DNA of 54,118 bases, filler included, from Jimgerdemannia flammicorona (lineage: Eukaryota), in the NCBI GenBank assembly GCA_003990765.1. It is 3 parts of 3 records of this genome, joined end to end, with 100 filler letters (N's around TTAATTAATTAA, not from the genome) between each part and the next. Parts side by side here need not be neighbours in the genome. Positions count along the whole stretch, not along the records: positions 1 to 17,976 come from RBNJ01002344.1; positions 18,077 to 36,049 come from RBNJ01002345.1; 1 more part is not named here. One strand, 5' to 3'. Positions 12,019 through 25,000 of this stretch are shown here, piece after piece. The notes below the pieces were generated by a model. The model saw nothing but the letters and a program-made list of their open reading frames with translations, searched no databases and was not told the origin of the DNA. Position numbers and translations under genes: made by a program. Position 1 is the stretch's first letter; every line of letters starts with the position of its first letter.

Positions 12019-13783
12019 AATGAGGGGAGTGCGGTGGTCCTGATGGGCTGCGATCGAAACTCGAAGGATACCCTGGCGTTAGTTTTGTTTTTATTTTGGA
12101 GTTCACTTGCGTATAGATTCGTCGTGTAATGTATTCGTTCGTGTCTTTATGTGTTTGTGGAATAAACCGCTGTACCGTAAACTTCGAACTGTGTATGTGC
12201 AGTCAGGGCAGAGCATGCTTACTAGATGCATTGCTTACCTCGCCATATTCGCTTTATTCTGAAGGAACAAGCTTCGTGGCTTCGTGGTATAATGAATTTC
12301 GTCACCACGTCTCACATTCATACTGTTCGCTTCGCGACACCAGTTTCGTCTTTGCTCAAGGGGGCTCTGTCGGTAAGCCTTTTGTTTAATCCTTGAAGAT
12401 GACGACATTTTACCTTTGCTGGTGGTCGTCCGCAGCGCAGCGTATTTCGCCCAAACACCGTCCGACCTTGCCGCCGTATGAACAAGGCACCTTCGTTCTG
12501 GAGACACGGCGACTACTACTACATAGAAGTTCCCCCGTGTTTGGGTTGTCATATAATCATCTCTTCGTTGCATATGTAGGGCACAATTTCGATGACGTCG
12601 GGCACCAACACCCACTACAAACTTTTTGTACTGTTTTTTTTTTTTTTTTTAATTGACAATCTTCACCGTCCACTTACAACCAAACCGTCGCATCGGGAGA
12701 CCATGCTGATCTACGAATGGTATGAAGAACATATCGGTTTCGGCCCTTACCAAAGGGCCTCATCAGTGGGTTAAGGCTACCTAGACCGGCTGTCAGCAGG
12801 AAACAAATGCGGCGGTACTAGGAAAGTTTGGGCCATACTCACAAGATGTTGGGAGAGAAAATCTACTTGCACCATGGACCTTGCTGCCTGTCTCCTGTGC
12901 CACCCAGCATTATACGTTTATAATGCCCACCTATCACAGGAGTAATATTCCTTACCAGCTTGGACTTATCTTGGGTGAGATCTGGTACTCCAACATCCAA
13001 ACCTATGTCATATCTACTGTAACCTGCTGGCTCAATAGAGACAAATTACAAGGTGGAGCAGCTATGCAGGTTGGCTTGGGCCCCCAGTTGCTTTGTCGGG
13101 GGGTAGGAGAATGTTCAATGGTTTGTCTTAGGCGGTTCTTTAGGGTTATCGCAGGTAGGTGATGTTTTGTTCTTAAAACTTAGTAGCAATCTTCAGGCTT
13201 AATCTGATAAGTAGATCAAATATAGAATATCTTAAAATGGGTTTAGCTTGCTTTCAGTAAGAGGACTGAAATAAAATTAGGAAATAGCTCACAATCTCCT
13301 TAATAGTAGTTTTTAAGTAGATGTTTCTTTTAAGTCTCTCAAAATATATTAGACAGACTTATCTTTTGCTTTTAACTTAGATTTCAGACTGAGGTTTGTT
13401 TATTTAAATCTCTGGAGTATTTTATATAAGTATAGTTACTATTTAGTTATTATTTAGATAATTATAAAATATAGTTATAAAATATATAACCTTTTATTCT
13501 ATCAGAGAATATGTATTTAGACCAAAATACCTCTATAAGTAAAGAAGTTTGTCTTTTAAAATAAGTAAGCTTTTTTATATATAAATATATAAAATATTAT
13601 ACTCAACTTTTAGATAATAATAATTAATAGAATACAACTGATCCATATAATTTATATATTTCAAAAATATAGTGAGATAGAACTGATATTATTTATATAT
13701 TTTAATATATGTCATAGAATATAGATAAATACTTTAGTACTATAAAATATATCATTAATATAGAAATAATAGTTTGTAGAGCA

Positions 13784-14107
13784 TAGTGCTCTCAAATGAA
13801 TTAAATTTAAATTGAAGTTTAATTTAATTTAAAATATTTATCTCAAATTCAAAATATAATAACTCAATAGAAATATATATTCTTTATTATACTAGATTCT
13901 CTATTATAAGATATATTAAATAAGCTAAAATTTATTAAATTTGAATATATTTTGATCAAGTTATTAAATTTTGAAAAATTAGGTTCAAATTGAACTTCAA
14001 ATTAAATTAGACCTCAATTTGATTCAAATCAAATTAAATTGAGTCTCAATTTAAATTAAATCCAATTAAATTGACCCTTAATTCAATTTAATTCATTCTG
14101 AGTACTA
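13784..14107. mobile_element. Non-autonomous hAT MITE (324 bp)
   Basis: Imperfect TIRs TAGTGCTCTCAAATGAATTAAATT / TAGTACTCAGAATGAATTAAATT (rc). 8-bp TSD gtagagca/atagagta differs by 2 transitions. Termini resemble the hAT end at 37766. Confidence 0.7.
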
Positions 14108-14212
14108 ATAGAGTATAATTACTATAAAATATAGTAAGAGAAAATTTGAAATATAGTTCATAGTGCAAAATGTCCTGAGATTTGCTCACTATTAGTATAA
14201 TCTAAATTTTAT

Positions 14213-14326
14213 ATAGTTGTCTTCAGCTTTCTGACCCTCAGCTCACTGCTCTGTAACTCACTCTCCTCTCTCTCTACATTCTAGTTCATAAGTTTAAAGA
14301 TCCTAGTAATCTAACTTGAAAGGATT

Positions 14327-14371
<45 letters not shown>

Positions 14372-14485
14372 ATATTCAAAATATATAGATCAGTGAGCTA
14401 GAGGTCAGTAAGCTAGAGATCAGTAAGCTGAGAGACAGCTTACTGGAGAGCAGTAAACTGGAAGACAATAAGCTAGAAGACTACA
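14213..14485. repeat. Degenerate foldback-like element built from ~15-bp subrepeats around a poly-T tract
   Basis: About 6-7 units like GAGATCAGTAAGCTA at 14386-14485, with reverse-complement-like units (cagctcactgctc) at 14215-14260. Confidence 0.4.
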
Positions 14486-15049
14486 TTTGAGCTAAATAAG
14501 TAAGTATATATATTATCTATATATTTTATACTATTTCCTAAAGTAAAAATAGGTAAATAAAAAAATAAATTCTGAAAAATTGAATGTCTTTACTAAGATA
14601 ATTTAAGAACTACTTCTATTTATTTTACAAGTTTTCATATTTATACTTTTCTCTACTCTTTTGTTAAATAATAAGAAAATATAATATTTTTATATATTTG
14701 ATATAATTAAATATTCTCCAGCTTCTAAGTTTGGACCAGTATATAGATTCTATAAGAACTACTATTTTTATTATTAAGTTTAGCTAAATAACTAGAAGTA
14801 TTACTAAACTACTTATCTAGATATTCTAAAACTTATAGAGAAAAGATTTTACAACTCAGATATTAAATATACTCTTACTATAGTAAATAAATATATAAAA
14901 AAATATATAATAATAAACTAAAGTAAGAAATTATAAGAACAATAGATTATTATATATATAATAATTATATAATATCGACTTTATTATAAATATCAAAGTA
15001 AGCATATAGCTTTCTCTGGTAACATTCAGGTTATATAATCTTTTAGTAA

Positions 15050-17965
15050 TATATGGGAAGGGGCTCTGGCTTGGGGGAAGCATGAGGGGTCTGCTGGCAA
15101 GAGGATATAGATGGAGAGAGAGTAGGATTAGAGGGCAGAAGATAGGAAGGGTGAGTTTCACAAATGTGGTGAAGAGAGAATGGCCAGCATCTGGGCTAGA
15201 GTGCTGGCTGAGAAAGAGCAAGAAGATAGTGAAAATGACTGAGCATGAGAGAGTGGTCTTTGGCAGTAGAGGCAGTGGAGCTAGAGATATAGTGGCTGAG
15301 GTGAGTATAATGGCTAATAGTAATGAGACTGCCAATTTGGAAAAAAAATCCAGATGTGACTACTGATGGTGGGGCTGAGAGAATGGGGCTTGGATGGATG
15401 AGAGATCTGGCAGATAGTATAATAGGCCTGGTAGTAACCCTGTTACTCAAGAAGTCAATCTTAGAGTTTGTAGTTACTTTGTACTTCAGAAAATTAGCAG
15501 TAATAGTAAAAATGGTGCTGGAACTGATTGTTAAGCAGGTGGTTGGAGCTATATCCATGAAGTTCCTGAAGGGATTGGAAGAAGTGGAGGTTGGCTTTAA
15601 GGAGGCTGGACTATTGGAGAAAGTACTGAAGGCTAGACTGACTATTGGGGAGATATTGTTCTGATGATGTACTGCTTGAGGTGAGACCCCAGGGTGGTGC
15701 AATTGCTGGTAAAAGGGGTGCCCATGGTGACTGCTGAGGAGACAAGAAGGAGAGTCAAGGAAGTCATGGCTAAGTATAGAGAGATAGTTGATGTTGGGTT
15801 CTGGGTCTGGGAGGAAATCTCATTCTAAACTAGAGATATTGATATTAGGATTCAGTTAGCAGAGAAGGAAGCTACTGGAAAGGCTAGGGACTGGCCTTTA
15901 GTAATGGTTTGGGGGACTTTCTTATACAAGATAATAAGAGTGAAGAAGAGTGAGGAGGAGGAAGAGAATTTATTAGAGGCATTGGAGGAGCTGGGTGATG
16001 CTGTAAAGTGGAGAGCAAAGGCTTAGAAGGTATATATCAAGTCAATATATTTAGAAGTGATGGATGGGAAGAGGGTTCATATAGATAAGAGGCTGTGGGA
16101 AAGGTCTCAAGAATATAAGAGGTAGAGAGAGCTGTTGGTGAACCTGGAGAGTAGGACAAAGAAGGATGCTAGTGGTATTGAAATCATAGGAGAAGCCAAG
16201 GAGAGTATCTGGGCTGATAGAGATAGAGAGAATGCAGAGAAGGGGCCAGAAGTGGCCAAGGAGGTGGCTGGATATAACTCTTATATGGATGGTACCTTTG
16301 AGGTCTGAGAAGATTTCCCAATTTCTATGCCTCTTATTAGATGAGGTCCAGCTTCAAGGGGTAGAGTAGAGGAGGATGTGTTCATGCAGAGAGCCTAGTG
16401 AGTATACTTTGGAGTTTCTGAGGTAGTGAAGAGAGGGCAAGTGGTGGTAGCTGATAAGAATTAACTAGTGGATGTCTAAGAGGAGGAGTGGGATGAGGCT
16501 ATAAGCACAGAGACTGATATCTCAATGCTAGATAGAGGGAGGCCAGTAACTTCTAGAGAGAAGGAGGTGAGAAATCTTCTATGGATATACAAGATGATGA
16601 ATAACTTTGCAGCAGAGAAGTTGGGGAAGATGGACCTGCAAGTGATGAGTGACAAGCATTGGATGCATATCCTGTATGGTGAGGGAGTAGTAGAGGTACT
16701 GAAGGTAGAGATTAGAGATTCTTACAGTTTTTCTGGAGAAGGAAGGATATGAGGTTGATAAGAAGAGAGAGGCTAGACTGGCAGTTGCTGCTGATAAGTG
16801 GGCAGCTTTCTGTTGGGTAGAGTAGCATGAGTTATAGCTCTGGCAGGAGACCTGCCTGGAATATTAGGAGGAGTTTGAGGAGAAGGAGGATGGAGAGCTT
16901 GTAGAACTTCTGGTTAGATTGGAGGCTAAGAGGATGGAAGAGGAGGTGGTGACTGCTGAACATAATCTGGACTTAGCTTAGAAGGAGATGAATATAGAGT
17001 AGTAGAGGATATGCTATTATTCCTTATGAATAGTATAACTAATATTTTTTCTTAAATGTGAATGGATTATAGGGTTCATTTTGATGATAGAAAATTTTTA
17101 CTTGGCTGAAGGGATTGGAGGCTGATCTCTTTCTTTTGCAGGATGTCAGATGTAAAGATAATTTGGATAAACTGGAATAGATAAAGGAATGGGGAGGAGA
17201 GGCAGTTTGGAAGAGTAAGATTGGAATTCTGATCAGGAAGGGCAGAGGAGAGATATGAGATATGCAGAACTGGAGAGACAGGCTGGTTTAGAGAGAGTGG
17301 ATTTGTGCTGGTCAGGAACTAGTTATAGTAGAATCCTGCTACTACTCTACTATATGGGGTGAGTATGTAGAGTGGGTGAAGAGTCTCCAGAAGGGAGGGG
17401 CCCTGGCAGAGGCTGGAGTAGATGTACTTGGTGGGGACTTTAATATGGTCAAAGATGTACTGTTAGATAGAACTGATGGAGGGCAGGGAGTAGAGAGTAA
17501 GAGTGGAGATTTGGAGGCATGGGAGGAAGTAGAGTGGCTGAGTACTTTATTGGATACTGGTAGGGGGTTTTGGAGAGATAGGAGGATGTATACACATTGA
17601 GCAAGTAGCCTGGGGATAAGGATTGACTAGATTTTAATAGTGAACTACTGGGGCCTAGATGTTTGGAGGTCACTGGAGGCTGAATGATATCTATGGTCTA
17701 ATCATTAGAGATTGCTAGGACAGGGCCATTTTGGGGAGAGTAGAGATAGACCAGGACATTGGCATCTCAACTTCTTCTTATTAGACAATAAGGTGCTATA
17801 GGACAAGTGGGCTGAGGATATTTGGCAGAGAGTGGAGGGGTGGATACAGAAAGGTGCTCCAGTTGGAGTTAGGTAGATGAGGCTAAAAGAGGCTACTAGG
17901 ATCTATTAGAGGGAGGCCAGTAAGATGGCTAGTAGATAGAGAAGGAAGAGAGTGTTGTGGGCCTC
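15050..17965 (+). mobile_element. Decayed L1/Tx1-like non-LTR retrotransposon (ORF1 remnant + APE endonuclease), truncated by the gap
   Basis: APE motifs with stops: IFSLNVNGL-like (~17040), LLQD, LGGDFNMV (17428), YTH..RID (17590-17630), SNH (from SDH), PGHWHLNF (~17750). Purine-rich sense strand, CpG-depleted. Confidence 0.75.
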
Positions 17966-17976
17966 TTTTTTTTTTT

Positions 17977-18076
17977 NNNNNNNNNNNNNNNNNNNNNNNN
18001 NNNNNNNNNNNNNNNNNNNNTTAATTAATTAANNNNNNNNNNNNNNNNNNNNNNNNNNNNNNNNNNNNNNNNNNNN
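17977..18076. other. Assembly gap with artificial linker (44 N + TTAATTAATTAA + 44 N)
   Basis: Exactly 100 bp with a stop-in-all-six-frames spacer; an identical structure occurs at 36050-36149. Confidence 0.95.
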
Positions 18077-18288
18077 TATAAAAACTAAAGCTTAAGTAGA
18101 AAGGATCTTACCTTATACATACAAAATATAAAAAAGACTACTTTTGGCTATAAAACTATTAGATATATTATCCCAACTATTATCTATCAAAACTAACTCA
18201 TAACTAACCAATAAAGTACTACTATAGCTCTCAAGATTACTAGTACTATCCAGTAGACTAAAAAAAGACAATTTTGTTCTATTGAGTC

Positions 18289-20000
18289 TATAAGAGGGTT
18301 ACTTTTTAAGGTAACCATTATGTAGTTCTGGAAGGGTTTTCTGGAAGTTCTGGATATTTGGGAAGACTGTTTTCTTATGATCAAAATCAATTTCATATGG
18401 AGTATATCCTCTATGCTTATTAATTTCAAGATCAGATTGATGTCTCAACCAAAGTCCTTTTTCAGACTAGTTCTAGAGGATCAGGAGTTTCTATATTTCA
18501 GGAAGTTCAAGAAATTAAGACCAGCTTAGTTGAATTGGTATATTGCTACAGACAATATCCAATTAGGAAATTTTGTAATAGGGTTAGAAATAAGATCTAA
18601 TAGAGAGTAGATTTACTTAAGAGTGATTTGTGGGTTATTAAATAGGTTTATTCGCTATTCATAATATTGCTATACTAGGAGTAGTTATGTGAAGAGATAT
18701 TGTAGGGAAGTACTCAGGAGTTGTATTCAGATTGTTCAGGTATATTCGAGTCTGTTCTTGTCTGAGATTCTGAAGTCTGGGAGAGGGGGTATTTATACTA
18801 GTGAGAGGCTATCTGGGCTATACTAAATATGGATATAGTACTTAGTGCTTTGCTGAGCCAGAATGCAGTCATGTAGTATAAGTGTAATCTGACATATCAA
18901 GAGATTATCTAACTGCTGAGTCAGTTTATAGTCACATTGTATAAGACTAATCTAACTATACTATGACTGCTAAGCTATCTATAAATTTAGATGCTATCTG
19001 GGTAGTCTTCTATAGATTACAGCACTATGAGTCATGGGATTATAGTAAGCTGGCAGCTGTGGTTCATATTACTCATACTCAGGTGGTGGAGTAGTTAGTT
19101 TAATCTCAAGGGTTGTCTGAAGGTACAGGTTGTGTTCTTTGGTCTCTTCATTGTAGTTGAAGTAATTAGGGGTGAATGCAGATTGGTATTTGTACTAGTG
19201 GTCATTATCCCAATAAGTCTCATATGTATGTAGTTATGAACTGTTATAAGTTCATCGGCAAGGTTGGCAGTATAATCAGGGTTGGTAGAGATTCTTGGCT
19301 TGAGGTCATATTGGCATCAGAGGGATCATTGTCTTCTGCTTCATCTTTATCAAATCAGATTATATCATAGATATCCTTCATGGTATATCCAATTTGGAGC
19401 ATTTGCAGAATATGGTCATTAGGGTGCAGGAAGGTTCTGTCTATGGTCTAAATATATTTGAGGTACTTGTGGTTGAGTTCTTATATCATGTCATGGATTT
19501 GACTATAGGACAGGGTGGCAACCATTTCACTAGTAGTAACTCAGAGATAGAGAATAATGGTGCTATACTCATAAAAGAGTTCTCAGTGTTTGCAGGCAAT
19601 GAGTTTCTGGTATTGGGACATCTGAGTGATATCTGTATTATAGTAATGTTCAAGTATGTCTTCTAGGAGGTGGCCAATCTGGTAGTAGCTTGAGATTTGT
19701 CTGATTTGGTGGGCCTCACTAAGTATATTCAGGGCATTTCATCAGGCTTCCACAAAGTAGAGGGGTGCTAGATTATGGATATTTATGAGAGGCAGAGGGG
19801 GTGTGGCTCAGTTGACAATGGTATTCCAAATGTCAGCATAGATGCAGTTGTAAATCTCAGTGATCATGTTTATATGTTCAGAAGTTATAGTTATTGTTTG
19901 TTTTGGTTCTCTGTTTCAATACATCTCAGTACTTGGTATATATGTATTTGGTTCTGATTGGTAAGATTCTGTTTGTGTAAATCTTGTATTCCATGACTTC
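18289..20000 (-). mobile_element. Older partial LTR of Gypsy family A, interrupted at 20000 by a same-family LTR
   Basis: Colinear with 20001-21920 and 28594-30505, more diverged, and missing ~250 bp. It breaks mid-U3 at ...catgacttc|tgtagg. Confidence 0.8.
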
Positions 20001-22079
20001 TGTAGGAGGTTTGCTTTTTTGGATAACTGTTATGTAGTTCTGGAAGGGTTTTCTGGAAGTTCTAGATATTCTGGAAGACTGTTTTCTTATGGTCAAGATC
20101 AATTTCATATGGAGTACGTCCTCTATGCTTATTGATTTCAAGTTCAGGTTGATGTCTCAACCAAAGTCCTTTTTCAGACTAGTTCTGGATGTTCAAGATT
20201 TTTCGTATTTCAGGAAGTTCAAGAAACTAAGACCAGCTTAGTTGAATTGGTGTATCGCTGCAGACAATACCCAATTAGGAAATTTCATAATAGGGTTAGG
20301 AGTGGGACCTAACAGAGAGCAGATTTACTTAAGAGTGGTTTGTAGATTATTAAATAGGTTTATTCGTTATTCATGATATTGTTATACTAGGAGTTGATTG
20401 TGTGAAGGGATATTGTGGGGAAGTGCTCAGGAGTTGTGTTCAGATTGTTCAAGTGTTCAAGTCTGAGATTCTGAGATCTGGGGGAGGGGGTATTTATACT
20501 AGTGAGAGGCTATCTGAACTATGCTGAATATGGATGTAGCACTAAGTGCCTTGCTTTGTTGAGTCAGAATGCAGTCACATAGTACAAGTGTGATCTGACA
20601 TATCAAGAGATCATCTGACTGCTGAGTCAGTTCACAGTCACATCGTATAAGGCTAATCTAACTATACTATGACTGTTAGGCTATTTATAGGTTTAGGCAC
20701 TATCTGGGTAGTCCTCAATGACATCATCATCAATTGTATCATCTCTGATGAAGTAGTTGTCTAGGAAGAGTGGTTTGCGGATTACTTCTCCTTGTTTGCT
20801 GAGGTAATAATACATTGGAACTTTGTCTCCATCCCATAAGATGGCATCATCTGTCTCATACATATGCTAGATAAGGTGTTGGTGAATGAAGGAGTAGTAC
20901 ATTGTCTTTACTTTCATCAGTTTTGCTATCTGTATATCTTCTATAGGTTACAGCACTATGAGTCATGGAGTTGTAGTAAGCTAGTGGCTGTAGTTTATGT
21001 TGCTTGTACTCAGGTGGTGGAGTGGTTGGTTCAATCTCAAGAGTTGTCTGGAGGATAGATTGTGTTCTCCGGTCTCTTCATTATAGTTGAAGTAATCAGG
21101 AGTGAATGTGGGTTGATATTTGTGCCAGTGGTCATTGTCCCAATAAGTCTTATATATGGTTATGAACTATTGTAAGTTCATTGGCAAGGTTGGTAGTGTA
21201 ATTAGTATTGGCAGGGATCCTTGGCTTGGGGTCATATTGGTGTCAGAGGGATCATTGTCTTCTGCTTCATCTTCATCGAACTGGATTATATTGTAAATAT
21301 CCTTCATAGTATATCCGACTTGGGGCATTTACAAGATGTGGTCATCAGGGTGCGGGAAGGTTCTGTCTGTAGTTTCAATGTACTCGAGATACTTGTGGTT
21401 GATTTCTTATATCATGTCATCGATTTGGCCATAGGACAGGGTAGCAACCATTTCACTGGTAGTAACTCAGAGTCAGGGAATAAAGGTGCTGTACTCATAG
21501 AAGAGTTCTTGGTGTTTGTGAGTGATGAGCTTCTGGTGTTGGGATATCTGGGTAATGTCTGTATCATAGTGATGTTCAACCATATCTTCCAGGAGGTGGC
21601 TGATCTGGTAGTAGCTTGAGATTTGTCCAATCTGGTGAGCCTCATTAAGCATGTTCAGGGCATTCCATCGGGCTTCCATGAAGTAAAGAGGTGCTAGGCT
21701 ATGGATATTCATGAGGGGTAGAGAGGGTGTGGCTTAGTTGATAATGGTATTCCAAATGTCAGCATGGATTCGGTTGTAGATCTCAGTGGTCATGTTTGTA
21801 TATTGGAAGTTGTGGTTTGTTGTTTGTTTTGGTTCTCTGTTTTGACATGTCTCAGTACTTAGTATATGCATTTGGTCCTGATTGATAAGATTCCATTTAT
21901 GTGAATCTTATGTTCTGTAACTTCGTATTGACTCAGCTTTGTGTACTGTGACTTTGGTTTGACTCAGCTTCATAATCAAGCAGGTGGTTTGCAGATTTTT
22001 TTGGAGGTTGTGTGTGATTTCAGTGACTTGTTCAGAGGGTGACATGTGATTTCAGTGGCTTGGAGGTTGTGCACTTACA
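20001..22079 (-). repeat. Family A 3' LTR (2079 bp)
   Basis: TGTA...TACA termini. Adjacent PPT (rc AAGAAAGGGAGAGT) at 22080-22093. TATAAATA (rc) at 20491-20498. Homologous to 28594-30824. Confidence 0.9.
20693..21793 (-). pseudogene. Accessory ORF inside the LTR U3 (consensus ~365 aa, acidic C-terminal half)
   Basis: ATG at 21793 to TAA at 20693. Indels differ between LTR copies and cancel in the consensus, and in-frame stops are TGA/TAA/TAG one transition from Arg/Gln codons. Confidence 0.7.
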
Positions 22080-25000
22080 ACTCTCCCTTTCTTAGCTTTC
22101 GATGTCCTCATTGGGGCCTTCTAATTTTGTTCTAGTATTGTTATACTATTTGGGAGATCAAAAGTCTGGTGAAGTCCATTTTTCTCAGAAAGTGGCATGC
22201 TCATAGTACAGTTGCCTAATGCATTGGATTCACATGTTAAAGGGTCATATGTTCAATGCTGTGTGCTGGAAGTGATTCTGACATCATTTACTGCTGGAGA
22301 ATTTCCTTTACAGAATCTTCTTAAATGTCTATACCTCATTTCCCACCAGTGGTACAAGAAGAATAGGCTGGTTTTCAGTTTTACTATTTTTTCCAGAGGG
22401 TTGGTATTCTTGTCTTGTTTTGCTGAGTTTTTGATTCTTTTGATAATTATAGTGTTTGGGAGGATAATATATAGTATGTACAGATAGGTACAGAGTATTT
22501 GATTTTAGTTGTTCAAGGAATCATATTCCTGAACTAAGTCAGTAGTATTCTGGAGATTGGTCTTGGGTTCCCAGGTTGTATCATAGATTGGATAATCTTT
22601 CCATTTGACAAGGTACTTGGGGTGGCTCTTGTTGTCATGTTTGTTGAGGATTTGTTCAACTTTGTACTCTTCTTGGTCATTAATAATAATAGGTACAGGT
22701 GGTTTGGTGGTCTGGTTTGGAAATAGCTCATCATCATTTTCATTGTATTGCTTGAGACATTGGACATTGAAGACTGGGTGAATCTTAATGGTATCTGGTA
22801 GCACCAATTTGTAGGAGGTTGGAGAGACTTGTACAATGACTTCAAATGGTCCAATGAACTTGCTGTTCAGCTTTGTAGATGGTCTGTGCTTGAGGTTGTC
22901 AACTCAGTATCCTCTGATGTCTAGTAGAACTTTTTCTCCAATATCAAAGGTTTCTTCTCGATGTGTTGATTAATATACTGTGACTGTTATTCTTGAGCTT
23001 GTGATAAATTCTCGATGGCAATCTGGCTTACATTACATATTCAGAGCAGGAATTCTTCAACAGCTTCGACTGTAGAGAGTTCTTCAGTAGCTCAGATGAG
23101 TGTCAAAGGGGTGTTTGGGTTTTGTCTAGTGTTGGTGAAGAATGGGGTCATTCTGAGAGAGGCTTGCTTGCTATTGTTATAGGCAACTTGACTACAGTGA
23201 GGTGTTCATGCCAGTCATCTTGTCTGTAGGAAATATAGTTCCTTAGTATTTATTCCAGAGTTCAGTTCATTCTTTTAGTTTGGCCATCAGTTTCTGAGTG
23301 AAAGGCTGTGGATAGTGCAAGTTTTGTTCCAAGGTATGTATGAAGGGCTTTCCAAAAATAGCTGGTAAATTTTGGGTCTCAATTGCTAACAATGATCTTA
23401 GGAAGACCATAATAGTGGAAGATGTTGTCAAATAAGAGTGTGGCTATGTCTGGTGCTGTTACAGTAGTAGTAGTAGGCACAAAGTGGGCTTGTTTGCTGA
23501 GGTAATCCACAAAGACAACAATTGCATCTTTCCCGTTCTTAGTTCAGGATAGTTGTACAATGAAGTCCATAGAGATTTGTTCCCAATTTGCAGATGGTAC
23601 TGGAATAGGGTGAAGTAAGCTGGGTTTTGCTAGTGTTGAGGACTTGTTTCGTTGGCAGGCATCACAGGAAGTAATGTAGGTTTTAAGCTGATCTGCCATG
23701 TGGGACCAATAGAAGTTTCAGGAGATAACTTTATAGCATTTGTCGAATCCTAAATGTCTAGCTTTAGGTGCATCATGACATTTGAATAGGATAGTCCTTC
23801 AGAGGTCTTGGTTGTTTGGGACATACAGTCTGTCCTTGTAGTAGATAGTGTTGTCCTTCAGTTGGTATTGGTAATACTGTGTATGCTTGTCGGCATTATC
23901 ACTGTTCAGGATTTCTCACAGTACTTGAGCTTCCTTATCATCAGCACATGCTGCAATAATTTGCTCTATGATAGTGTTAGTAACCAAGGTGAGAGTTTGG
24001 ATAACTTCTTCAATGGGTGGTCTGGAGATTGCATTGGCAACAATATTTTCCTTACCAGGGTGGTACTAGATTTCTTAGTCAAAGTTGGTGAGAACTTTCA
24101 TCCATCTAGCTTGCTTTCAAGAAAGGGTAGCCTGTGTCTTGATATTGACTAATGATTTGTAGTCAGTCAGTACAGTGAAGTGTACTCCTTCTAGGTAGGG
24201 TCACCATTTGATCAGAGTATCTACGATGGCTAGCATTTCCTTCTTGTGAATTGTATAGTTAATTTCAGCATTATTGAACTTGCAAGAGTGATAGGTCACA
24301 GGGTGTCCTTCCTGTATGAGTACTGCTCCAAGAGCTAGGTCAGAGGTATCAGTAGTAACTTCATATGATAGGGCAGGATTTGCTGCTTGAAGTACTGGAG
24401 TGGTTATCAGGACATCTTTCAGTGCTTGAAAGGCAGTATCTTGCTTGGGTCCCTAAGTTACAAGATTGTTGAAGTCTTTCTCTTGTTTTATGGTCCAGAG
24501 TTGTTCTTGTTTCTTACTGTGCTTGGTCATTTGGGTGAGAGTGGTAGCGATTTTAGCAAAGTTGGCAACAAATCACCTGTAATAGTTTGCTAATCCCAGG
24601 AATGACTGGAGGTCTTTCAGCTTCTTGGGTCTGGGCCAATCTTTGATTGCAGAGATTTTGCTGGAGTCTATTTGGAGTGACAATGTGTTCAAGGAATTGA
24701 ATTTCTTTCAGAAGAAATTCGCACTTACTGAGTTTTGCAAAGAGTCAGTTTTCTCAGAGTTTCAGTAGTACTAGTTCAAGGTGTTCGAGATGTTCTTCCA
24801 GGGTTTTGCTGAAGACTAGGATGTCATCAATATAGACAACAATGAATTTGTCCAGGTATGGATGCAGAATGGTATTCATCAGTGTCTGGAAGGTTGCTGG
24901 AGCATTAGTTAAGCCAAAGGGTATAATCAGGAACTCGAAGTGTCCATAGCAAGTTCAGAAGGCTATTTTGTAGATGTCTTCTTCTTTCATGGTGATTTGC

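Noticed and set aside
12129..13162. Short ORFs downstream of the RBR gene
   Set aside because: No recognisable motifs, coding bias or splice structure that I could support.
18021..18032. Palindrome TTAATTAATTAA (also 36094-36105)
   Set aside because: Artificial linker centred in 100-bp N gaps; adjacency across these gaps is unverified.
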